From Carcharhinus longimanus (taxonomy: Eukaryota): a DNA stretch of 64,000 nucleotides. The stretch's first letter is position 1; every line of letters begins with the position of its first letter. The notes under the pieces were generated by a model. It saw nothing but the letters and a program-made list of their open reading frames with translations, was not told where the DNA came from and made no database searches. The DNA lies in the NCBI GenBank assembly GCA_030264375.1, contig JASCQW010000081.1, positions 93,867,814 through 93,931,813 on the forward strand, written 5' to 3'. This document shows positions 25,801 to 37,800 of the stretch, piece after piece. The position numbers and the translations under genes are program-made.

Positions 25801-28800
25801 CTGTATGAGATTCCTCCCTATTTGCATGCGCTCCAGCGAAAACATCCTAAGCTAATCAATCCCAAGGAGAAGGAAACATGCTAAAGGGGGGCAAGACATC
25901 CATGGCTGACGAGGCAAGTCAAGCACAGCATTAAATGAAAGAAAATAAAAGCATACAAAGTGACGAGGACTTGTGGGAAGCAAAGGATTAGGATACCTTT
26001 AAAAGAGAGCAGATAACCTCTAAAAAAAAACGAGGGGGCAGAAGATGAAATATGAGAGTAAGCTAGCTAACAATATAAAATAAGATGCGACACGTATTTT
26101 TTTAGCATCTGAAAAGATAAGAGAGAGACAAGAATAGCTACTGGACCATTGGACAATGAAGCTGGAGAAGTAATAACAGGAAACAAGCAAATGGCAGAGG
26201 AACCGCATAGTTAATTTGCATGAATCTTCATGATGGAAGGCGTCATTGGGATGGCAGAGCTCCAGGAGGATCGGGGAGCACAAATGAGTCTATTGACCAT
26301 CATTAAGGAGAAGGTCCTGGGGCAACTGAAAGTCCTGAAGATGGATATGTCACCTGGACCGGACGAAACACACTCCAGGGATCTAATCGAGATAGTGGAG
26401 AAATTCTGGAGGCATGGGTGCGATCTTTCGGGAATTATTGGAGGCAGGCAGAGGTCCACAGTACTGGAAAGTAGCTAATGTAACACCACTGTTTAAGACT
26501 GGAGGAAACGACACAAATGAAATTATAGATTAGTTTGCCTGTCTTTGTTAATTGGCAAGATATTAGAGTCCATTAATAATGATTAATAACGGGAAGCACT
26601 TGGAAATGCATAGTAAAATAGGGTGGAGTTAGCACGGCTCCGTCAAGTGGAGTTCATGTCTCACAAATCTGTTAAAGTTCTTTGAAGAGATAAAATAAGT
26701 TCGATAAAGGAGAACCAATGGATGTTCTTTATGCAGATTTCTAAAAGGCCTTTAATAACAGTGCCGCACAGGACACTGCAAAATACGTTGACAGCCATAG
26801 TATTAAGGCTAAGATAAGANNNNNNNNNNNNNNNNNNNNNNNNNNNNNNNNNNNNNNNNNNNNNNNNNNNNNNNNNNNNNNNNNNNNNNNNNNNNNNNNN
26901 NNNNNNNNNNNNNNNNNNNCAGGCAGGAGGAGCGGGAGAGACAGGTGCTGGCGACTGGAGCTGGAAGATGTTAGTCTCGTGAAACGCACTGGACTGCAAG
27001 AACCACTTCAAGAAAGGTAGCGGTATCATTTTTCACAGGCTTCCTATTTCAAGACCCGACCTCATGGCAAAATGGATGACAGCTGTAGCACGGGAAAACA
27101 GGATGCCATCACCGAGAGCAACTCTCTGTAGTTGTCTGTTCACAAGATATTTTTTGAGGCTTGAGCAAATTAATGATGCGGGAGAACTGGCTCGCTGCCT
27201 CAGAAATTAATGCGGACGCTTTTAATCGAAAAGTAGACTTGTGACAGCATCGTTCAGGCTTCTGAGACAGACTTCCAAAGGCACCGAAAAACGTCATACG
27301 CACACTGTCTCCAAGTAGGTATCAGCTCTCGACTTCTAACTGGGGGAGGGTCGAGGCCGAGAAGTTCCATCGACCTGGAGAACATTTCTTCTTTGGACAC
27401 GATCTGTAAAATAATAATAATACTGGCCACATCAAGAATGTTGCTTCGATTCATCCACAAATTTAACCCGGAGTCAGGACGGCTGTGCTGAGCAATCCAT
27501 ATATGCTTCATATATGCTGTTATCACTGCGCTACTTCCAAACTCCATAAACCAATGTTGCCTCTAAAGGAGCGCGAGTATATTGGCCAACCTCATAGTCC
27601 ACAGAAATGTCGCAATATTTTTTTTTATTTTGAGAGGTCAGTAAAAAATGCTCGGTACAGCCTACAGCCTACTCTGAGTTTTTTTTTTACCCGTTAACTT
27701 AAGGGTTGCACGAAAATATCTTTATTCCAACAAAGTTACTGAACGAGATTCACACAGCAAAAATTCTGTTTCTGTTTTGTCCCCTGTAAGTACCTCTGTC
27801 TTTATGTCTCAGGTCGTCTTCTGTTGTGATAAAAGGAAGAAGTATTAAGGCTGAACAGTAGTTCAAAAAAACTGTGAATCTAAGATGCGCTGAAGCGCTC
27901 GATGTTTCATTGAAATTACCTTTTTCCCCTAAAGTTATATTGGCAGCATTTCACTTATTTACTTGACTCTGCACCGTGACGTTGAGAAGTTCATGATATA
28001 CATCCTATTTTCCAGTTTGTTATGGACTGCTTCTCAGAGTACAACTTCGGCAGAGTAAAATCTCCAGTAACTTGTTGAGAGAGCCGAGCACATCTCACGC
28101 AAGGGTTGAATTCATTGGATAACCATTCCTTCCATCGTTTATGCTTAAGTTGCCTTCCGCTGCCACCAAATTTGATGTCACAGTGTTTTAGACCTAATTA
28201 GGCTGTCTACTCATTAAAGTAGCAAATTGGGTATGATGGGCCCTTAGACCTGGTTTGCTGCTGAACAGTGTTGCCTTCCACTCTTAGTAAGAACATAAAG
28301 GTAGCATGAAGACCAGTTCCAGACAGTAATTAACCCCAGGTTTGAGCGATTAGGGCACCTAGGAAAAAACATGGATGGCCACGGATAGAAGAATTGTCAA
28401 TGAGATGGGGCGGAAGGCAGCAAGATTGGAAGACTCATGTTGGCGTGGACTTAATAAATGGACAGGTAGTTGGGAATTGCATATTTTCCTGTTAAATTGG
28501 GTGTTTTTATTTCGATTACTGTGCAATGATTGTATTCTGTAAACTCAATAGCTTGACAAGTTAAATTATTTATATAACGATAATCAGTCGATTAAACACT
28601 GCTGAAATGTTCGGACAGACGGCTTAAATAAAAACATAGAGGATCGGAGCAGAAAGAGGCTATTTGGCCCTTCGCACCTCTTCAACCATTCATCACGATC
28701 CTGGCCGATCATCTAAATTAATCGCCTGATTATGTCTTCTCCACATAACCTTTGATCCCATTCGCGAAAAGTCTTATGTCTAGCCCCGGCATGGTAGCAC

Positions 28801-31800
28801 AGTGCTAACCATTGCTGCTTCACAGCTCCAGGGACCTGGGTACAATTCTTGGCTTGGGTCACTGTCTGTGTGGAGTTTGCACATTCTCCTCGAGTCTAGG
28901 TGGGTTTCCTCCGGGCGCTCCGGTTCCCTTCCACAGTCCAAATATGTGCAAGTAAACTGATTGGCCATGCTAAAGATTGCCATTTATAGTCGTGAGATGC
29001 TTAGGTTAGAGGTANNNNNNNNNNNNNNNNNNNNNNNNNNNNNNNNNNNNNNNNNNNNNNNNNNNNNNNNNNNNNNNNNNNNNNNNNNNNNNNNNNNNNN
29101 NNNNNNNNNNNNNNNNNNNNNNNNNNNNNNNNNNNNNNNNNNNNNNNNNNNNNNNNNNNNNNNNNNNNNNNNNNNNNNNNNNNNNNNNNNNNNNNNNNNN
29201 NNNNNNNNNNNNNNNNNNNNNNNNNNNNNNNNNNNNNNNNNNNNNNNNNNNNNNNNNNNNNNNNNNNNNNNNNNNNNNNNNNNNNNNNNNNNNNNNNNNN
29301 NNNNNNNNNNNNNNNNNNNNNNNNNNNNNNNNNNNNNNNNNNNNNNNNNNNNNNNNNNNNNNNNNNNNNNNNNNNNNNNNNNNNNNNNNNNNNNNNNNNN
29401 NNNNNNNNNNNNNNNNNNNNNNNNNNNNNNNNNNNNGAACTTCTTCACTCAAAGGGTGGTGAATCTCTGGAATTCTCTGCCCGTTGAAGTGGTGGAGGCT
29501 ACCTCGCTAAATCAAATTAAGTCACGGGTAGGTAGTTTTTTGATAGACAAGGGAATTAAGGGTTATGGGGAGGGAACGGGAAAGGGGAACTGATCTACTT
29601 CAGATCAGTCATGATCTTAGTGAATGGCGGGGCAGGCTCGAAGGGCTAGGTGGCCTACTCCTGCTCCTATTTCTTATGTTCTTATGTTTTTACGAAACCA
29701 CGAAATGGCGGAGGAACTGCATAGTTACTTTGCATCAATCTCTATGATGGAAGAGGAAGACGTCATTGGGATGGTAGAGGCCCAGGAAAATCGGGAACAC
29801 AGTTGAGCATAGTGGCCATCATTAAGGAGAAGGTCCTGGGAAAACTGAAAGGTCTGAATTCGGATAAGTCACCTGGACCTGATGATGCACACTCCAGGAT
29901 TCTAAAACTGATAGCTGAGGAAATTGTGGAGGCATTGGTGTGATCTTTCAAGAAGTACTGGAGGCAAGGAGAGGCCCAGAGCACTGGAAAGAAGCTAATG
30001 TAACATCACTGTTTAAGACGGGAGGAAACAACAGACGAGAAATTATTGGCTGATTAGCCTGCCTTTGATCATTGGAAAGATTTTATAGTCCATTAATAAA
30101 GATGAGATCGGGGAGTACTTGGAAATGTATAATAACATAGGGTGGAGTGAAGATGGCTCCGTCAAAGGGAGTTCCTGTCTCACAAAACTGTTAAGGTTAT
30201 TTGAAGAGATAAAAGAAGAAAACAAACAAAATAAAGGAAAACCGGTCGATATTATGTATTCAGATTTCTAAAAGGCCTTTAATAACGTACCACATAGGAA
30301 ACTGCAAAATAAGTTGAGAGTCCATAGTATTAAGGCTAAGATAAGGAATGGATAGAAGATTGGCTGACTGGCAGAGTGCAAAGAATGTGGATAAATGAGT
30401 CTGTTTCAGGGTGGCGATTGGTGACTATTCGTGTGCCTCAGAGGTGCTTTGAACCCAATTTTTCACAATAGACTTCAACGTTTTGAAAGATGTAACTGAA
30501 GGCGTTGTTGCTAAACTTGCAGAGGATACAAAGACATAAAGAGGGACAGGCAGTATTGAGGAAACAAACGGTAATGTGGCTTCAGACTACTTGTACAGGT
30601 TAGGAAAGTGGGGGTAGAATTGGCAGATAGAATAGAATATGGAGAAGTGTGAGTTTATGTACTTTGTAAGGAGGAATGGAGGCATAGACTATTTTCTAAA
30701 TGGGGCGATCCTTAGGAAATCAGAAGCAGAAAGGGACTTGGGAGCGCTTGCACGATATAGTTATGTTGATAAAACAGAGAGGCTATCGTATTGTGTGTGT
30801 GTGTGTACTTGTCATTCGTACAACAGCACACTATGCGTGTCACTTTGAATAATTTGTCAGATGCCTAAGAGCCTTCTCAAGATTGTCTTTAATTATAAAC
30901 GTGTCCCCAATCCCAGGAGTTTTTCCAATAGAAGGCCAGAATCAGGAGTGTCAGTAAGCTTGACAGTACTCGTAACATACAAAGGTAAGACTGCCTGTCT
31001 GGGTGGGTAATCATTACCACAATCATGGAGCTCATACTCCAAGGGGCCATTCTCATTTGGAGTCATAACACCTCCTCTGGTCTAATTTGATTTTGGTTAA
31101 GGAAGGTGTTAGTGCTAAAATCTCTCTGTTCAAAATGTTTCAAATGGCCACTCGTCATCCATTTGTGTCTTTCCACACAACCTACTGATGTTCAGATTTT
31201 TTGGAGACACACAAACGAAAAAGAAAAAGTGGCCGATGTCAGCACCTCTGAACGGCCCTCGTAATTCTGAAACGTTTTTGCATTTCCTGCCTTCCCCGGA
31301 ACGTTCATTTCAGCATTCCATTTTTGACCAGCTGTTGGTCACATGTGCCCATATTCTTACTCAAGTGATATTGTGTCAGTTCTGACTGAATTATAACTCA
31401 GGAGTATTTATAGCTTCAAGACAAAACAAAAATGAAAGTTACTGCCGTATTCAATTTGGCTTACGGGCTTTTTGCAGTTCCTCTTTTGTTTTCCTTATAT
31501 CTGACGGAGGAAACAAGTTATATATATGTATATACAGTTACAGGCGAGGATTTTATGTCGCAACTGATGAAAAGGCATTTGCTGCATCGTCCGAAATGCA
31601 TAATCCAAATGTTATCATATTGCATACAGTAGCTGCTATACTGCAAATGTAGAAAAATAATAACATCCTGTCCGGCTTTCTTCCAGCGTATTTTATTGAG
31701 TCACTAAAGATTAGCATTAATAATGACAATTATTGACTGAATCCACTCACAAACGCTTAAAACACCAGTTAACGAAATAGTGCCATGTTAAAATAAATTG

Positions 31801-34800
31801 GCCTTATAATATGTCAAAATCAGCGGGCGAGCACTGGCAAATGTTCCCAAGCCTATAAGAATGCAAACAAGATATTACCTCCAGCTCCTGTTGTTCAATT
31901 GAACCATGGAAATAAAATGATAAGATAAGTCAACATTATTATCATCAATGAATAGCCAAAATTTTATTTCACGTGTCATAAATAATGCAGGATACTCAAC
32001 ACATCCTCATTCGATGTACTGACGTTCCTCAGTGCGTTCACATACATCCCTGACCTCAATATAAGTCATGTCCTCCTCCTTGGTGAATAGCAATTCAAAG
32101 CAGTCATTACAGGTCTCACCCACTTGTTGTCTCTCCATGCATAACGTCCCACCTTTGTCGTTGAGTGGGCTCAGATTTTCTCTTGCTACCCGCATGGTCC
32201 TATTCTATGCATAAACACGCCTTGGGACACCCTGTACTCGTTTTTGTGAAAATAAAACTTTTCATGACCCCCTTTAACTCTCCTAATTTCCTGCCTAGAT
32301 GCTCTATAATCCTCAAGGGCTTCATCAGTTTTAATTTCCATTCTCATGTGCCATCACCGCCTCCCCCCCACCCACCACATCACCCCTCCTCTCCCCCACC
32401 CCTGAATTAGGTGGATGTTGACCACCAACAGGAATTAATCCTTTAGATCCATTCGAAGTCCCACNNNNNNNNNNNNNNNNNNNNNNNNNNNNGAATTTAT
32501 TTTATCCATGACTCCTCTATTACATCTGCTATGTTTAAAAAGTTAAAAGAACTCTTAATCAATGTCGCCAAATGTTCCACTTCTTTAAAAAAATTCTGTA
32601 TCACACCGGAACACCCCATGTCCAGAAATATTTCTCTGGCAAACGTTATCATTTTTGAATCAGATCTCAGGTATCGTCAGAAATTTTTACTTTGCTGCAG
32701 ATTGAACTGATTTTTTTATCCAGCCACAGTGTCTGGAAGGTATAGAAATGTACGACTTGTTTGATTTTGCCTTTATTTCTTAACAACATGTTGGGGCTCC
32801 GTTAAACAAAATCAATATTTTTCTTAATCTATTCTTACATCTATATTGTGAAATACTAATACAGCGTGTATTTTCCTTTCTGAGTTTCCATTTTGGTTTA
32901 TTGTAAAATCCTTTATAGTTGCACGTCGTTATGAAGCATTTTTTAGACCACAAGTGCAATTAAGCCAGATATGGTTGGGACAGACAGTTGTTTCCAAAAT
33001 TCTTCTTCGGCCTTGAATTTATTGAAATGAGGATTATAGAAACGTACAGGGAAGATAGGAGCATGCACGTTTGGAGAGAAATTAGGTAATTCAGCCCGCC
33101 GATCTCGCTCCGTCATTTTATACGATCCTGGATGATTTCCGTCTCATCTGTTTTTTCCCCATAACCCTTTATTCCGTTTTTGATCAAATATTTACGTATC
33201 TCATTCTTGAATCTATAAACTGACATTCACTTCCTTCACTGTACTCATCATTGAACTGAAAATCTGTGGGTAAAAACACAACTGCCAATCACTCAGGCCT
33301 GTTTTCCGAAAAGAAAACGTAACTCATTTGTTTACCTTATTGTTTCTCCTAAAATTAAATACTGCATAAATGACTCGAAGAAATCCAATAGCAAAAAAAA
33401 AAGAAAACCGGTAGCATCCAATACGTACTTGAATGAATTTTGTTTTTTGGCATGTGCCACCAGATATTCATTATTTTGAACGCCATCAATAAGTTTTGGT
33501 TATTTCATGCTTCTTTACGTGTTTGCTTCAATACCTTATAACTTTTTGTCTCCTTCCAGTTCTTTTTATGTCAATAAATAAAGAGGATGGGGGGCTTGCG
33601 ATTGTCACAGCGAAATATGATTTTTGTTTTATCCTTGCAGAACTGTGACATTACAAGCAGAGACTTCACAGGAGGGATTCAAAATGGTGTTGCATGATGT
33701 AATTTGTAGGGGGATGCATGATAAGTGAGAAATTTGTGATTGAGTGCGAGGTTCGAAGGCTAAATAATAAGTTGCAATAGTTCTGGAGATTTTTCTCATC
33801 ACTACAAAATTGCCATATCAGGAAAGTATCTTTTAACACGTAAAGCGTCGTGGAGACTATTGTGGAGGTCAACAAGAAAACCTCGTTAGGCCGCATTTGT
33901 TTTTAATAAGAGGGCACAGGAAGCAGTTAGTTCTCATCCAAAGATAGAGATCAAAGAACAGGACGGACGAGGTACATAACAAAACAAATATAGTAGGATG
34001 TAAGTTACGGTTAGATCCAAGCATAATGAGAGGAAGCACAATATGGAATCAGCTAAAGAAGAAATTATCAGTTCACTGGATAAGTGTATGTGATTAGCCT
34101 GGTAGATACTGCAGTTGGCGCTAGTAGAGGGACAAATGATAAGTTTCCCAGTGCCATATTCTGTAAAGAAAACACGATGACATACTGTTACATATTTTCA
34201 TCAGGCGAAATTTATTTTCAATTACAAGTGATGCAGCTCTTTCTAAATAATGCATATACACCCAACTTTCATTGGAGGCAATATTTCATGAGTTTCAAAT
34301 TACAGATTCTTCAATCTAAATTGAGCTGACTCACAATCGTAGGCTGAAGCAAAGTATAAATATCAATGAAATTGGAAGGCACAACATAATTATTTCGGGT
34401 AACGAAACGTAATTTGTACAGCCAAAATCGAAAAATGATGAGGAGAAATTTGAGAATTCAGAAATTCGTCTTTTATTGAAATCCGAGAAACATATTCAAT
34501 TCCGGGCAACCGCCAAGTTAAAATAATATGAAGATGTAGCAGGCCGTTTGTGGAGAAAAAGGATGAGGCATTTTAAAAGATGGGGTTACTTTATGACGGA
34601 CAACATAACTACTGAGTAGATACTGGCAATGGGCCAACAGTGCTGCAGGCACGAGGCAGTCTTCCCTAACCCACAGTCTGCAGTCAAAAAGTATGGACAA
34701 CAACCCGCCTCCCTGATCATCCTCAACATCGGTGCTCTACAAGGCTGTGTCCTCAGCCCCATGCTATACTCCTTGTACACCTTTGAGCGTATAACCGAAT

Positions 34801-37800
34801 TCGAGCTGAATTTGGTACACCTTGTGCACCTTTCAGGCTATAACCAAATTCCGCTCCGATTTGGTTTTCAAATGTGCTGCTGCCACCCCCTTTGTGGATT
34901 AGATTGAAACATTAAGAAAGGAAGTGCAGGAAAGAGTTAGAAAATCTGGGAAACTGGGGCGACGACAATAACCTTTCCCTCAAGCTCAGCAAAACGAAGC
35001 GGACAATCATCGATTTTAGGATGTAATGGAGGGCAAGCTCCTGTCTACAAAAAATGGGGCGGAAGTAGAAATGTTCGTGAGCATCAAAATTTTAGGCCTC
35101 CGGGTCACCAGCAACGGGTTCTGTTCCCTCCATGACGACGCTATAATAATGAAAGCTCACAAATGCCTCTACTCAACGAGGAGACGAAACAAATTTGACA
35201 CGACTCTCATCGAGTTCTATTAATGCAACGGAGAAAACATTCATGTTTGTAACACAAGAAATTATAACGGGTCGAAAATTAAGCAAAGTCTTTCATTAAA
35301 ACAAGCCTCCGATCCATTGACACTGTCCAAACTTCCCACTGCCTCATAAAGACAGTCAGCATTTTCAAAGGTTTCAAGCACCCCGGACATATTCTCTTCC
35401 AACTTCTTTCACCGCGAAAAAGATACAGACGACTGAGATCACGTATCAACAGAATCTAAAACAGTTTCTTTATCCTGCTGCCACCGGACTTTTAAAAGGA
35501 CCTACCTCGCGTGAAGTTGATCCGTCTCTACATCTTAGCTATCACTGTGACCTACATTCTGCATTATTTCCTGTCATTCCACATGTACTTTTTGCATTTC
35601 CTCTGTAGTGCAAGCAAACATACCTTCCCCTGTACACTGTGTGTGACAATAATCAATCGAATCGAATCAAATCAACTGATAACTAGACAGCTCGGACCAT
35701 CACTGGACTGAGTCACAACTCAGGGACAACTCAGGGACAAAAGTGGGGAGATATGTATTGAGGCAGAGGGAATGGGGGAGCTCCTGAATGAATACTTTGC
35801 GTCTGTATTCACGAAGGAGAGGGGTTCGGAATCGTGCGGTCTNNNNNNNNNNNNNNNNNNNNNNNNNNNNNNNNNNNNNNNNNNNNNNNNNNNNNNNNNN
35901 NNNNNNNNNNNNNNNNNNNNNNNNNNNNNNNNNNNNNNNNNNCCTGAATCTGGCTAAGTCAGGGGTTCTATTGGTAGATACGCAGGGTAGAATAGGTGTA
36001 GGGTGATGTGGCGGCGCGGTCTTGTTGGGCCGAAGGGCCTGTTTCCCGTGCTGGGTTGTTCTTTGTTCTTGTTCTAACTGCAAGATGGAAATATCTGAGG
36101 ATATGATAGTTTGTGATGAAAGACGTGACATGGCATTGAAACCATGATTAATTCCGTTAAGAACAGCATATTATAGTGATCAATTGATCTTGCAATTGAA
36201 CAGCTTTCCCCTTCACGTTGGAGGGGTTGTTTCTGGGAAGAGAGGAGTGTGCAGTGTGCAGAAAAGAAAGAACATAAATATGATTTCGTTGTGATCTGCA
36301 TTGTCTTTGATTGCATGCCTTTCAATTTCCAGACAAGTTTTCAGAAAGTAAAAATTACAATACTCGCCCGCCACTTCCCACGAGCCATTTCGGCACATTG
36401 TCCTCCATAAGGGCGTCTACATCAGCTGCAAATAGAGTAAGTTAATTCATCTTACTTGCATGATCAAGCAGCGAACTCACCACGCAGTTCGTCTTTCAGT
36501 CTTTGAATCTCTGAAACAAGATGAAATACTGCTGAGACCTTGTTGAAAAAAGAATCGCCCTTCACTATATCAGAGTAACTACAGAGAGGAGGAAATAGTA
36601 GTTTGAATTGTGTATATGTATCTATGATTTCATAATATAATTTAATATAGATACGTCTGTAATGATAACATTTTTATCAAGACCAGTCAACTCAGCGGAC
36701 TAACCTAGGGCACATGGATACATTTTTACAGGGCTCAGCAAGGCATTAAGCCCCACATTTTGGGACAGCATGTGGCTTCCTGGTGTGGAATCCAGAAGAG
36801 AGCGTTTTGCGCCCGGGTGTGCAGGCTTCCGTGGGTCTGCAAGTTCCTTGCACCCTCGCCCGATCCAGCCCCATGTCCCTGTACCAGTGGGAAAGAAGGG
36901 AAGACAAATATCAAAAGGACAACTGACAAGTGTTGCCGTAGCTGTGAGAATTAATGGAGAAGTTCAGGCTCCTTGAGAAGCAGAGCATCAAGTCATTTCA
37001 TCCGCATGTTGTCCGCCAGGGAAAGGCAATATTAAAGGGAAGAAAAGCAAAATCTTTCTCATTAATTTCCACATAAAAATAAATATGTGAAGTGCAATTG
37101 TTCATAAGCGCACCGCCGCCTCAATTCTGCCCGCCCCCAACCTTCTCCAACGTCAGTACCCTGCCCCTTCCTGCTGCAGTTAGTGCGTTTAGGCTGAGAA
37201 TGGAGAGGAGGGCTAGAAAATAGCGAAATCTATATGGTCCAATCACGAAATGCTGCCCATAGTAACACTCATTTGTCACTGATTGTCTCAACGATAAGTG
37301 CTGTCCATGCTGTTGGTTTTGCATGACAGTAGGTCTAAATGAAATTGCCTCCGACCACAGCGGTAGCTTCAAAAAATAAAGAGCACTATTACAGTTATAA
37401 ATCTCGAGCCGGTCTTTGGAGTGAGCGAGTTAGTGACGCGGAAGAGCTAGCCCGCTTCCTCAGAAACTAATGTTAACGCATTTAAGCGTAGAGTTGTGAC
37501 AAAACCGTCCTGGCCCTTGACACGAAGCTCCAAAGGCTTTTAACAATGCCATACGCAGGCTGCCTCCAATCACCTATCAAGCTCTCGGCTTCTGATTGGG
37601 GTAGAAGGGAGGCCGGGAAGTTCCATCGACTTTGGAGAGAGATTCTTACTTGGTCCCGATCTGAAAAATAATAACATCTGGCCGTATCCAGAATGCTATT
37701 CCGGAACGCCAACGAAGGTAACCCGGAGATTTTGCTGAGCAGTCCAGATGGGTTTCAGATATGCTGTCAGCATTGCACTAATACCAACCTCCACGAATCA

